Positions 1 through 11,563 of a stretch of DNA of 44,167 nucleotides are shown one piece after another. Origin of the DNA: Cyanophora paradoxa CCMP329 (Eukaryota > Plantae > Glaucophyta); contig QPMI01000397.1 of NCBI GenBank assembly GCA_004431415.1, positions 1 through 44,167 on the forward strand, read 5' to 3'. Each line of letters starts with the position of its first letter. The stretch's first letter is position 1. Position numbers and translations under genes: made by a program. The notes beneath the pieces are model-generated. The model made no database searches. It saw nothing but the letters and a program-made list of their open reading frames with translations, and was not told the origin of the DNA.

Positions 1-3000
1 GCGTACTAGCTCGTGCTAAGCGCTTCGGTCTCTCGCCAATCGCTCCCCTAGTTTAATCGGGCCGCACCGAACAGATGCCATACAAGTCCAGCCGAAATTA
101 AAGCGGAGCACAGCGAGTGACTGGGCGAGACCGGCAGGTAGGAAGTGCATTTAGATCAGCCGAGATGAAAAACATTTTTGGTCTCCCCCAGAACCTCGCT
201 GTGCGAAGTTGGCCTCGGCGGTCGCTGCGCCCGGCCCCCTCTTCCGCCCTCGACAGCGCAAGGCAGCTCAAGGCCCGCCCAGGCCCCCCGCTCCCCCAAC
301 TGCCTTCCCGGGACTCGAACGCTGGGCAATAAGTCGCCGGCGGGCGCACTGCTAGCTCGGCTAGCTCGCCGCGAAACTGGCCTTTTCCTCGTCGCCTTTC
401 TATGACCATACATCTAGGAAATTTTGTACCGCGTCCGCGAGAGACTGAGCACCAGATATGCATTTAGATGCGTACTAGCTCGTGCTAAGCGCTTCGGTCT
501 CTCGCCAATCGCTCCCCTAGTTTAATCGGGCCGCACGAACAGATGCCATACAAGTCCAGCCGAAATTAAAGCGGAGCACAGCGAGTGACTGGCGCGAGAC
601 CGGGCAGGTAGGAAGTGCATTTTAGATCAGCCGAGATGAAAAACATTTTTGGTCTCCGCCAGAACCTCGCTGTGCGAAAGTTGGCCTCGGCGGTCGCTGC
701 GCCCGGCCCCTCTTCCGCCCTCGACAGCGCAAGGCAGCTCAAGGCCCGCCCAGGCCCCCCGCTCCCCCAACTGCCCTTCCCGGGACTCGAACGCTGGGGC
801 AATAAGTCGCCGGCCGGGCGCACTGCTAGCTCGGCTAGCTCGCCGCGAAACTGGCCTTTTCCTCGTCGCCTTTCTATGACCATACATCTAGGAAAATTTT
901 GTACCGCGTCCGCGAGAGACTGAGCACCAGATATGCATTTAGATGCGTACTAGCTCGTGCTAAGCGCTTCGGTCTCTCGCCAATCGCTCCCCCTAGTTTA
1001 ATCGGGCCGCACCGAACAGATGCCATACAAGTCCAGCCGAAATTAAAGCGGAGCACAGCGAGTGACTGGCGCGAGACCGGGCAGGTAGGAAGTGCATTTT
1101 AGATCAGCCGAGATGAAAAACATTTTTGGTCTCCCGCCAGAACCTCGCTGTGCGAAAGTTGGCCTCGGCGGTCGCTGCGCCCCGGCCCCCTCTTCCGCCC
1201 TCGACAGCGCAAGGCAGCTCAAGGCCCGCCCAGGCCCCCCGCTCCCCCAACTGCCCTTCCCGGGACTCGAACGCTGGGGCAATAAGTCGCCGGCCGGGCG
1301 CACTGCTAGCTCGGCTAGCTCGCCGCGAAACTGGCCTTTTCCTCGTCGCCTTTCTATGACCATACATCTAGGAAAATTTTGTACCGCGTCCGCGAGAGAC
1401 TGAGCACCAGATATGCATTTAGATGCGTACTAGCTCGTGCTAAGCGCTTCGGTCTCTCGCCAATCGCTCCCCTAGTTTAATCGGGCCGCACCGAACAGAT
1501 GCCATACAAGTCCAGCCGAAATTAAAGCGGAGCACAGCGAGTGACTGGCGCGAGACCGGGCAGGTAGGAAGTGCATTTTAGATCAGCCGAGATGAAAAAC
1601 ATTTTTGGTCTCCCGCCAGAACCTCGCTGTGCGAAAGTTGGCCTCGGCGGTCGCTGCGCCCGGCCCCTCTTCGCCCTCGACAGCGCAAGGCAGCTCAAGG
1701 CCCGCCCAGGCCCCCCGCTCCCCCAACTGCCCTTCCGGGACTCGAACGCTGGGGCAATAAGTCGCCGGCCGGGCGCACTGCTAGCTCGGCTAGCTCGCCG
1801 CGAAACTGGCCTTTTCCTCGTCGCCTTTCTATGACCATACATCTAGGAAAATTTTGTACCGCGTCCGCGAGAGACTGAGCACCAGATATGCATTTAGATG
1901 CGTACTAGCTCGTGCTAAGCGCTTCGGTCTCTCGCCAATCGCTCCCCCTAGTTTAATCGGGCCGCACCGAACAGATGCCATACAAGTCCAGCCGAAATTA
2001 AAGCGGAGCACAGCGAGTGACTGGCGCGAGACCGGGCAGGTAGGAAGTGCATTTTAGATCAGCCGAGATGAAAAACATTTTTGGTCTCCCGCCAGAACCT
2101 CGCTGTGCGAAAGTTGGCCTCGGCGGTCGCTGCGCCCCGGCCCCCTCTTCCGCCTCGACAGCGCAAGGCAGCTCAAGGCCCGCCCAGGCCCCCCGCTCCC
2201 CCAACTGCCCTTCCCGGGACTCGAACGCTGGGGCAATAAGTCGCCGGCCGGGCGCACTGCTAGCTCGGCTAGCTCGCCGCGAAACTGGCCTTTTCCTCGT
2301 CGCCTTTCTATGACCATACATCTAGGAAAATTTTGTACCGCGTCCGCGAGAGACTGAGCACCAGATATGCATTTAGATGCGTACTAGCTCGTGCTAAGCG
2401 CTTCGGTCTCTCGCCAATCGCTCCCCTAGTTTAATCGGGCCGCACCGAACAGATGCCATACAAGTCCAGCCGAAATTAAAGCGGAGCACAGCGAGTGACT
2501 GGCGCGAGACCGGGCAGGTAGGAAGTGCATTTTAGATCAGCCGAGATGAAAAACATTTTTGGTCTCCCGCCAGAACCTCGCTGTGCGAAAGTTGGCCTCG
2601 GCGGTCGCTGCGCCCCGGCCCCCTCTTCCGCCCTCGACAGCGCAAGGCAGCTCAAGGCCCGCCCAGGCCCCCCGCTCCCCCAACTGCCCTTCCCGGGACT
2701 CGAACGCTGGGGCAATAAGTCGCCGGCCGGGCGCACTGCTAGCTCGGCTAGCTCGCCGCGAAACTGGCCTTTTCCTCGTCGCCTTTCTATGACCATACAT
2801 CTAGGAAAATTTTGTACCGCGTCCGCGAGAGACTGAGCACCAGATATGCATTTAGATGCGTACTAGCTCGTGCTAAGCGCTTCGGTCTCTCGCCAATCGC
2901 TCCCCTAGTTTAATCGGGCCGCACCGAACAGATGCCATACAAGTCCAGCCGAAATTAAAGCGGAGCACAGCGAGTGACTGGCGCGAGACCGGGCAGGTAG

Positions 3001-6000
3001 GAAGTGCATTTTAGATCAGCCGAGATGAAAAACATTTTTGGTCTCCCGCCAGAACCTCGCTGTGCGAAAGTTGGCCTCGGCGGTCGCTGCGCCCCGGCCC
3101 CCTCTTCCGCCCTCGACAGCGCAAGGCAGCTCAAGGCCCGCCCAGGCCCCCCCGCTCCCCCAACTGCCCTTCCCGGGACTCGAACGCTGGGGCAATAAGT
3201 CGCCGGCCGGGCGCACTGCTAGCTCGGCTAGCTCGCCGCGAAACTGGCCTTTTCCTCGTCGCCTTTCTATGACCATACATCTAGGAAAATTTTGTACCGC
3301 GTCCGCGAGAGACTGAGCACCAGATATGCATTTAGATGCGTACTAGCTCGTGCTAAGCGCTTCGGTCTCTCGCCAATCGCTCCCCCTAGTTTAATCGGGC
3401 CGCACCGAACAGATGCCATACAAGTCCAGCCGAAATTAAAGCGGAGCACAGCGAGTGACTGGCGCGAGACCGGGCAGGTAGGAAGTGCATTTTAGATCAG
3501 CCGAGATGAAAAACATTTTTGGTCTCCCGCCAGAACCTCGCTGTGCGAAAGTTGGCCTCGGCGGTCGCTGCGCCCCGGCCCCCTCTTCCGCCCTCGACAG
3601 CGCAAGGCAGCTCAAGGCCCGCCCAGGCCCCCCCGCTCCCCCAACTGCCCTTCCCGGGACTCGAACGCTGGGGCAATAAGTCGCCGGCCGGGCGCACTGC
3701 TAGCTCGGCTAGCTCGCCGCGAAACTGGCCTTTTCCTCGTCGCCTTTCTATGACCATACATCTAGGAAAATTTTGTACCGCGTCCGCGAGAGACTGAGCA
3801 CCAGATATGCATTTAGATGCGTACTAGCTCGTGCTAAGCGCTTCGGTCTCTCGCCAATCGCTCCCCCTAGTTTAATCGGGCCGCACCGAACAGATGCCAT
3901 ACAAGTCCAGCCGAAATTAAAGCGGAGCACAGCGAGTGACTGGCGCGAGACCGGGCAGGTAGGAAGTGCATTTTAGATCAGCCGAGATGAAAAACATTTT
4001 TGGTCTCCCGCCAGAACCTCGCTGTGCGAAAGTTGGCCTCGGCGGTCGCTGCGCCCCGGCCCCCTCTTCCGCCTCGACAGCGCAAGGCAGCTCAAGGCCC
4101 GCCCAGGCCCCCCGCTCCCCCAACTGCCCTTCCCGGGACTCGAACGCTGGGGCAATAAGTCGCCGGCCGGGCGCACTGCTAGCTCGGCTAGCTCGCCGCG
4201 AAACTGGCCTTTTCCTCGTCGCCTTTCTATGACCATACATCTAGGAAATTTTGTACCGCGTCCGCGAGAGACTGAGCACCAGATATGCATTTAGATGCGT
4301 ACTAGCTCGTGCTAAGCGCTTCGGTCTCTCGCCAATCGCTCCCCTAGTTTAATCGGGCCGCACCGAACAGATGCCATACAAGTCCAGCCGAAATTAAAGC
4401 GGAGCACAGCGAGTGACTGGCGCGAGACCGGGCAGGTAGGAAGTGCATTTTAGATCAGCCGAGATGAAAAACATTTTTGGTCTCCCGCCAGAACCTCGCT
4501 GTGCGAAAGTTGGCCTCGGCGGTCGCTGCGCCCCGGCCCCCTCTTCCGCCCTCGACAGCGCAAGGCAGCTCAAGGCCCGCCCAGGCCCCCCGCTCCCCCC
4601 AACTGCCCTTCCCGGGACTCGAACGCTGGGGCAATAAGTCGCCGGCCGGGCGCACTGCTAGCTCGGCTAGCTCGCCGCGAAACTGGCCTTTTCCTCGTCG
4701 CCTTTCTATGACCATACATCTAGGAAAATTTTGTACCGCGTCCGCGAGAGACTGAGCACCAGATATGCATTTAGATGCGTACTAGCTCGTGCTAAGCGCT
4801 TCGGTCTCTCGCCAATCGCTCCCCTAGTTTAATCGGGCCGCACCGAACAGATGCCATACAAGTCCAGCCGAAATTAAAGCGGAGCACAGCGAGTGACTGG
4901 CGCGAGACCGGGCAGGTAGGAAGTGCATTTTAGATCAGCCGAGATGAAAAACATTTTTGGTCTCCCGCCAGAACCTCGCTGTGCGAAAGTTGGCCTCGGC
5001 GGTCGCTGCGCCCCGGCCCCTCTTCCGCCCTCGACAGCGCAAGGCAGCTCAAGGCCCGCCCAGGCCCCCCGCTCCCCCAACTGCCCTTCCCGGGACTCGA
5101 ACGCTGGGGCAATAAGTCGCCGGCCGGGCGCACTGCTAGCTCGGCTAGCTCGCCGCGAAACTGGCCTTTTCCTCGTCGCCTTTCTATGACCATACATCTA
5201 GGAAATTTTGTACCGCGTCCGCGAGAGACTGAGCACCAGATATGCATTTAGATGCGTACTAGCTCGTGCTAAGCGCTTCGGTCTCTCGCCAATCGCTCCC
5301 CCTAGTTTAATCGGGCCGCACCGAACAGATGCCATACAAGTCCAGCCGAAATTAAAGCGGAGCACAGCGAGTGACTGGCGCGAGACCGGGCAGGTAGGAA
5401 GTGCATTTTAGATCAGCCGAGATGAAAAACATTTTTGGTCTCCCGCCAGAACCTCGCTGTGCGAAAGTTGGCCTCGGCGGTCGCTGCGCCCCGGCCCCTC
5501 TTCCGCCCTCGACAGCGCAAGGCAGCTCAAGGCCCGCCCAGGCCCCCGCTCCCCCAACTGCCTTCCCGGGACTCGAACGCTGGGGCAATAAGTCGCCGGC
5601 CGGGCGCACTGCTAGCTCGGCTAGCTCGCCGCGAAACTGGCCTTTTCCTCGTCGCCTTTCTATGACCATACATCTAGGAAAATTTTGTACCGCGTCCGCG
5701 AGAGACTGAGCACCAGATATGCATTTAGATGCGTACTAGCTCGTGCTAAGCGCTTCGGTCTCTCGCCAATCGCTCCCCTAGTTTAATCGGGCCGCACCGA
5801 ACAGATGCCATACAAGTCCAGCCGAAATTAAAGCGGAGCACAGCGAGTGACTGGCGCGAGACCGGGCAGGTAGGAAGTGCATTTTAGATCAGCCGAGATG
5901 AAAACATTTTTGGTCTCCCGCCAGAACCTCGCTGTGCGAAAGTTGGCCTCGGCGGTCGCTGCGCCCCGGCCCCTCTTCCGCCTCGACAGCGCAAGGCAGC

Positions 6001-8193
6001 TCAAGGCCCGCCAGGCCCCCCGCTCCCCCAACTGCCCTTCCGGGACTCGAACGCTGGGGCAATAAGTCGCCGGCCGGGCGCACTGCTAGCTCGGCTAGCT
6101 CGCCGCGAAACTGGCCTTTTCCTCGTCGCCTTTCTATGACCATACATCTAGGAAATTTTGTACCGCGTCCGCGAGAGACTGAGCACCAGATATGCATTTA
6201 GATGCGTACTAGCTCGTGCTAAGCGCTTCGGTCTCTCGCCAATCGCTCCCCTAGTTTAATCGGGCCGCACCGAACAGATGCCATACAAGTCCAGCCGAAA
6301 TTAAAGCGGAGCACAGCGAGTGACTGGCGCGAGACCGGGCAGGTAGGAAGTGCATTTTAGATCAGCCGAGATGAAAAACATTTTTGGTCTCCCGCCAGAA
6401 CCTCGCTGTGCGAAAGTTGGCCTCGGCGGTCGCTGCGCCCCGGCCCCTCTTCCGCCCTCGACAGCGCAAGGCAGCTCAAGGCCCGCCCAGGCCCCCCGCT
6501 CCCCCAACTGCCCTTCCCGGGACTCGAACGCTGGGGCAATAAGTCGCCGGCGGGCGCACTGCTAGCTCGGCTAGCTCGCCGCGAAACTGGCTTTTCCTCG
6601 TCGCCTTTCTATGACCATACATCTAGGAAAATTTTGTACCGCGTCCGCGAGAGACTGAGCACCAGATATGCATTTAGATGCGTACTAGCTCGTGCTAAGC
6701 GCTTCGGTCTCTCGCCAATCGCTCCCCCTAGTTTAATCGGGCCGCACCGAACAGATGCCATACAAGTCCAGCCGAAATTAAAGCGGAGCACAGCGAGTGA
6801 CTGGCGCGAGACCGGGCAGGTAGGAAGTGCATTTTAGATCAGCCGAGATGAAAAACATTTTTGGTCTCCCGCCAGAACCTCGCTGTGCGAAAGTTGGCCT
6901 CGGCGGTCGCTGCGCCCCGGCCCCCTCTTCCGCCCTCGACAGCGCAAGGCAGCTCAAGGCCCGCCCAGGCCCCCCGCTCCCCCAACTGCCCTTCCCGGGA
7001 CTCGAACGCTGGGGCAATAAGTCGCCGGCCGGGCGCACTGCTAGCTCGGCTAGCTCGCCGCGAAACTGGCCTTTTCCTCGTCGCCTTTCTATGACCATAC
7101 ATCTAGGAAAATTTTGTACCGCGTCCGCGAGAGACTGAGCACCAGATATGCATTTAGATGCGTACTAGCTCGTGCTAAGCGCTTCGGTCTCTCGCCAATC
7201 GCTCCCCCTAGTTTAATCGGGCCGCACCGAACAGATGCCATACAAGTCCAGCCGAAATTAAAGCGGAGCACAGCGAGTGACTGGCGCGAGACCGGGCAGG
7301 TAGGAAGTGCATTTTAGATCAGCCGAGATGAAAAACATTTTTGGTCTCCCGCCAGAACCTCGCTGTGCGAAAGTTGGCCTCGGCGGTCGCTGCGCCCCGG
7401 CCCCTCTTCCGCCCTCGACAGCGCAAGGCAGCTCAAGGCCCGCCCAGGCCCCCCGCTCCCCCAACTGCCCTTCCCGGGACTCGAACGCTGGGCAATAAGT
7501 CGCCGGCCGGGCGCACTGCTAGCTCGGCTAGCTCGCCGCGAAACTGGCCTTTTCCTCGTCGCCTTTCTATGACCATACATCTAGGAAAATTTTGTACCGC
7601 GTCCGCGAGAGACTGAGCACCAGATATGCATTTAGATGCGTACTAGCTCGTGCTAAGCGCTTCGGTCTCTCGCCAATCGCTCCCCCTAGTTTAATCGGGC
7701 CGCACCGAACAGATGCCATACAAGTCCAGCCGAAATTAAAGCGGAGCACAGCGAGTGACTGGCGCGAGACCGGGCAGGTAGGAAGTGCATTTTAGATCAG
7801 CCGAGATGAAAAACATTTTTGGTCTCCCGCCAGAACCTCGCTGTGCGAAAGTTGGCCTCGGCGGTCGCTGCGCCCCGGCCCCCTCTTCCGCCCTCGACAG
7901 CGCAAGGCAGCTCAAGGCCCGCCCAGGCCCCCCGCTCCCCCAACTGCCCTTCCCGGGACTCGAACGCTGGGGCAATAAGTCGCCGGCCGGGCGCACTGCT
8001 AGCTCGGCTAGCTCGCCGCGAAACTGGCCTTTTCCTCGTCGCCTTTCTATGACCATACATCTAGGAAAATTTTGTACCGCGTCCGCGAGAGACTGAGCAC
8101 CAGATATGCATTTAGATGCGTACTAGCTCGTGCTAAGCGCTTCGGTCTCTCGCCAATCGCTCCCCCTAGTTTAATCGGGCCGCACCGAACAGA
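1..8193. repeat. Tandem satellite array, ~480-bp unit, 17 complete copies plus a ~75-bp partial copy; runs off the left edge of the window
   Basis: The unit start GCGTACTAGCTCGTGCTAAGCG recurs at 1, 470, 945, 1425, 1900, 2379, 2858, 3338, 3819, 4297, 4777, 5254, 5731, 6204, 6680, 7160, 7638 and 8118. The differences I saw between copies are 1-nt indels, nearly all in homopolymer runs. Confidence 0.99.
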
Positions 8194-8216
8194 GATATGA
8201 TATGATATGATATGAT
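8194..8216. repeat. (GATAT)n microsatellite at the right junction of the satellite array
   Basis: GATAT x4 + GAT begins exactly where the last partial unit stops (CCGAACAGA|GATATGATAT...). Confidence 0.9.
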
Positions 8217-8969
8217 GATTGAATGCATCCGGCGGCGGGATTCCGGCCTGATGATCGATATCCGCGGCCGGGGCGCCGGCGCATGCGCAATAGAAAACTT
8301 TTTTTGCAAAAAATTGGCCCGCAATCAATGGCAATGCCCCCACAGTGCTGGAGTAGACTAGAGGCTGTGGCCGGTAATTCACCAAAAACAAAAATGGCAA
8401 TGCCTTGAATATTAATTTACTGTAAAGCAAGAAATATTTAAGAGCCCAAAATGTTTAGTAATTCCGGGGTTCGGCCGGTTTAGTAGGCCTAGAATAATTA
8501 AGAGTTGCCAAGTTGGGCGCGCTTCTGCGCTCCCTTAGCTTCGAGCAATTTAACCACGGCCGCGCCGACGTTACTGCGACACGTACCCCGGGCCTCGGGC
8601 TTAATAGTATCGAAATCTTTAGTACTGAGGCTTAAGAACTTCAGTACTATTAATATCCAACCTCTTAGATATTTCCTGCTTTAAAATTTACAGTACTACT
8701 ACGGTAGGAACAATTCGTGATTCGTGATTAAAAGAGCGCTAGCGCTATTTTTTGTCCGACTCATCGATTATATCAATTAATATTCCGATGATTCTATGCT
8801 TCTTAACCGTTAACGGTTCGCCGTCCGGGAGTCCGGTTCCTTCGAATTCGCCTCTCTATGCGTAATCACGGCGTTGAGCGCTGCAGAGCGCAGTGCGCAC
8901 TGCGCCGTCACGCCGCCGTGCCTGCGGCATGCAAATTGAAGTTCAAGTACCCGGTATACGGACCATATT

Positions 8970-9040
8970 GCAAGGGGGGAAAAGAAGACCGAAGGTCTTC
9001 CCCGGGGGGAAAAGAAGACCGAAGGTCTTCCCCCCCTTGC
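8970..9040. repeat. Duplicated 30-bp hairpin unit inside a 10-bp outer inverted repeat (potential T-shaped structure)
   Basis: GGGGGGAAAAGAAGACCGAAGGTCTTCCCC occurs twice (8974-9033); each copy contains the perfect stem GAAGACC-GAA-GGTCTTC. GCAAGGGGGG (8970-8979) pairs with CCCCCCTTGC (9031-9040). Confidence 0.9.
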
Positions 9041-9193
9041 TTCCCGTTCCCTTGCTTCAGCCAAAATTCTTCTATGAGGCCGTTTTCGAGGTCCAGTTTG
9101 CAACGCAGGAAAAAAATGAGTGGAAATTCGCTTGCAGCGACACGTGTTTGTCGCTGCGGCCGTCCATGCAAAAAAAGGTTTTCGAGGGCGAAG

Positions 9194-10280
9194 TAGGGGT
9201 GCGGCTTGACCGCCAGAAAGTCGGCTCAAGTCAAGCCAAGCCCGGGGCGCTCGCGGCCAAGCCAAGCCAAGCCGGCCGGCCGGCCCGGACAAGCGCTTGG
9301 CCACTTGGCCGGGTCAAGCGCTTGGCCCGGCTTGAGGCAAGCCGAAGGGGGGGTACCCTTTCACAGGCCCTTAGCAAGCAAGGAAGTTTAGCCGCGACGA
9401 CGCGCGGCCAAGCGCGGAGGCGAGGGCCGGGGATGGGCGCACGGGTTCAGGGCGCCTGCAAGGCCGCGAAACCACGCGGCGCCGACCACGGCGAATGCGA
9501 GCAAGCCGCATACGATCGCTCGCGCAACGTCGTAGTGCTTTGCCAGGTTCTCATCCCGATCGTACGGCTCCTCCTGCTCGCGGGCCGCGGGAGCGAGTTA
9601 GCTATAGGTCGCTGTGCATGCAGTCGCTGCGCATGCAGTCACGCAGGCCGCGGCGGCACCTTCTGGAAGGCAGGGCCGAGAGTCGACTGCCCATCCGCGT
9701 GCTGCGCGGACGGCTCGGACTCCTCGTAGATGCCGTGGTAATTGTTGAAATGGTTGGAGAGGTTCGTGCTGGCCTTGATGTTGAAGACAGCGCCGCACCG
9801 CTCCCCTTTGCGCTGAGGATGGTCGAGGAGGCACATCGCTGCATTCGGCTCGCTGCTCACGCCGCGATAGCCCTGGATGGCCTTGCCGCGTTTCCAGACC
9901 CACGACGGAAGCCTTCTCATCTTGACGACCCACAGCTCCTCAGCCATGGGGCGGAAGTCCGCCCTGGCTGCTGCTGACGTGTCGCCCCCATCGCCTTCGC
10001 TGGGCGGAGGCGAGCTCGAAGATCTCGCTGCAGCTTCAGGCTGCCGTTGAAACGAGATGTTGCCGTCGGCCCCCTTGCCGAGCAGCGTCTGCACGCTCTT
10101 GCTCTTGGGCGGCATGCCGCTGGTCTTATGCTTGCGAACGCAGGCGCCGCCCCCCCCCCCCCCCCCCCCCCCCCCGCCGGGCTTGAGCCGGCTTGAGCCG
10201 GCCAAAAGCCGGGCAAGCGCTTGCCGCCCCAGCCCGGCTTGAGCTTTGGCTCAAGCGCTTGACGGCAAGCCGCAGGCCTA
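9194..10280 (-). mobile_element. Non-autonomous (internally deleted) hAT DNA transposon, 1087 bp
   Basis: Perfect 8-bp TSD GGGCGAAG at 9186-9193 and 10281-10288. TIRs TAGGGGTGCGGCTTG and (reverse complement) TAGGCCTGCGGCTTG match 13/15. Dense subterminal CAAGCC/GGCTTG repeats at both ends. BED finger inside. Confidence 0.95.
9440..10115 (-). pseudogene. 5' remnant of hAT transposase: BED zinc finger plus start of a Hermes-type DNA-binding domain; catalytic core deleted
   Basis: MPPKSK...SWVW...AMC-x9-C...STNLSNHFNNYH (BED-type). A GT-AG intron at 9659-9574 joins in frame to EEPYD...ARAIVCGLLAFAVVGAAWFRGLAGALNP, which resembles the hAT 'lpf..v...F..l...lnP' motif. The frame then runs into the terminal repeats. 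Confidence 0.8.
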
Positions 10281-10282
10281 GG

Positions 10283-11292
10283 GCGAAGACCAGTTTTCCT
10301 TGACTTGAAGCCTGGAAACCAACTTCTCTCTCATTCCGATCTTCGAACAAGCGAGTCCCTGCGGAGCAGGAGTGGCCTTGGGTCTTGGGGCTTCAAGGCG
10401 TGAGGGTGGCCGCTCTTTGTTTTTAATCGGGGGCCGGGCCCGCATGCGCAACCGCGCGCGGTTACGCGGGGGAGGGGGAAGAGAAATAGGGGGGCCACTC
10501 GGCAAGGGTACACGCTCAAGTGAGAGGGTACTAAATTGTGACGCAAGGGTACATGATGCGGGCCGAGTACAGGGGCCCATTCGGTCGCTTCGAATATTAA
10601 TCGTTGAACGTCGCGCGCGATCGCGAGTCGCGGCGCGACTCGTTTGATCACATGAACAAAAAAGAGAATTTTCTAGCTAGATCTGGTACTCGAAGGTCGA
10701 GATTCGAGGCTAGCGTCCGATCGAGTTCGGAGGTAGTTTAATAATCTATGAATCATTTGAATGTAATTCGCAGTAATAAGGCTCTGTCTAAATTGCTTAT
10801 TTTAATTACCTTTCAACTAACGCATTAAGTAAACTTAAATCCCACATCGTGGCACGCAACGACCCTGTCTCATACAAATTTGCTGGTCGGCCACGTGGCG
10901 CTCTGTTAATTTGGAAATTATCTCCTAGCGAATGGGGTGCGGCCTCTTCAAATTAATAATTTTCAAATTTCGACTTGGAAGGCCAATGTGATTTGCGCTT
11001 TCCCTTTTTTTCCGGGAAAATGCTTTTCTGTGCTTTTCGAGGTGCTGTTACTCCCCATTAGAGACCTCTCATAGGAAAACGGGCCCGGCCATCGTGTTCC
11101 CCAGGGTCGAAAACGGGGTAGTAGGTCTGTTCATTTATGCGAATTTCGCTTTTTGAAATCCGTCACATCAAACCAACAGACCTAAGGGCCTCTCCTTTCC
11201 CCAAGGCCGATTCCTTCCGCGGTTCTAGCGAAGACCAGTTTTCCTCGACTTGAAGCCTGGAAAGCAACTTCTCTCTCATTCCGGTCTTCGAA
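10283..11292 (+). repeat. 65-bp dispersed direct repeat (10283-10347 and 11228-11292); the first copy is the hAT target site
   Basis: GCGAAGACCAGTTTTCCTYGACTTGAAGCCTGGAAASCAACTTCTCTCTCATTCCGRTCTTCGAA, 3 mismatches between copies. Confidence 0.9.
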
Positions 11293-11294
11293 TT

Positions 11295-11563
11295 CCTTCC
11301 GCGGTTCTGCATGGAACCAGTTCTCCCTATAGCTAGCTGTTTCCTGTAGATTTCGGCTTTCTCGCAGTGCGTTGCGTGCGCATGCGCGGTTCTGCATGGA
11401 ACCACTTCTCCCTAGCTGTCTTGCTCGATCTCCTCTAGATTTCCACTTTCTCGCACTGCGCCGCGTACGCCGCACGGAATTTCTTAAAAATTCTCCCTAG
11501 CTGTCTTGCTCGATCTCCTCTGGATTTCCACTTCCTCGCAGTGCGCCGCGTACGCCGCACGGT
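11295..11563. repeat. Imperfect ~80-90-bp tandem repeats (about 3 copies), transposon-subterminal-like
   Basis: Recurring blocks CGCGGTTCTGCATGGAACCA, TTCTCCCTAGCTGTCTTGCTCGATCTCCTCT and TCGCASTGCGCCGCGTACGCCGCACGG. Confidence 0.85.

Noticed and set aside
1020-1140. 5S rRNA or U snRNA gene array (GCCATAC, AGATCAGCCGAGAT, GGTCTCCC and CTACCTG resemble fragments)
   Set aside because: The fragments are in the wrong order, strand or spacing, and no continuous 5S, U1, U2 or U6 alignment can be built.
945-1424. Hammerhead-ribozyme (retrozyme) satellite
   Set aside because: No CTGANGA core was found on either strand of the unit.
1-8193. The many repeated ORFs in the array as real genes
   Set aside because: They are short, overlap on both strands, change frame from copy to copy, and contain no domain motifs; this is expected for GC-rich satellite DNA.
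1-8193. CRISPR array
   Set aside because: There are no unique spacers (whole 480-bp units repeat), no cas genes, and the context is eukaryotic.
8984-9030. Synthetic BbsI/BsaI cloning cassette or bacterial terminator
   Set aside because: There is no vector sequence, the motifs are embedded in natural repeats, and the context is eukaryotic.
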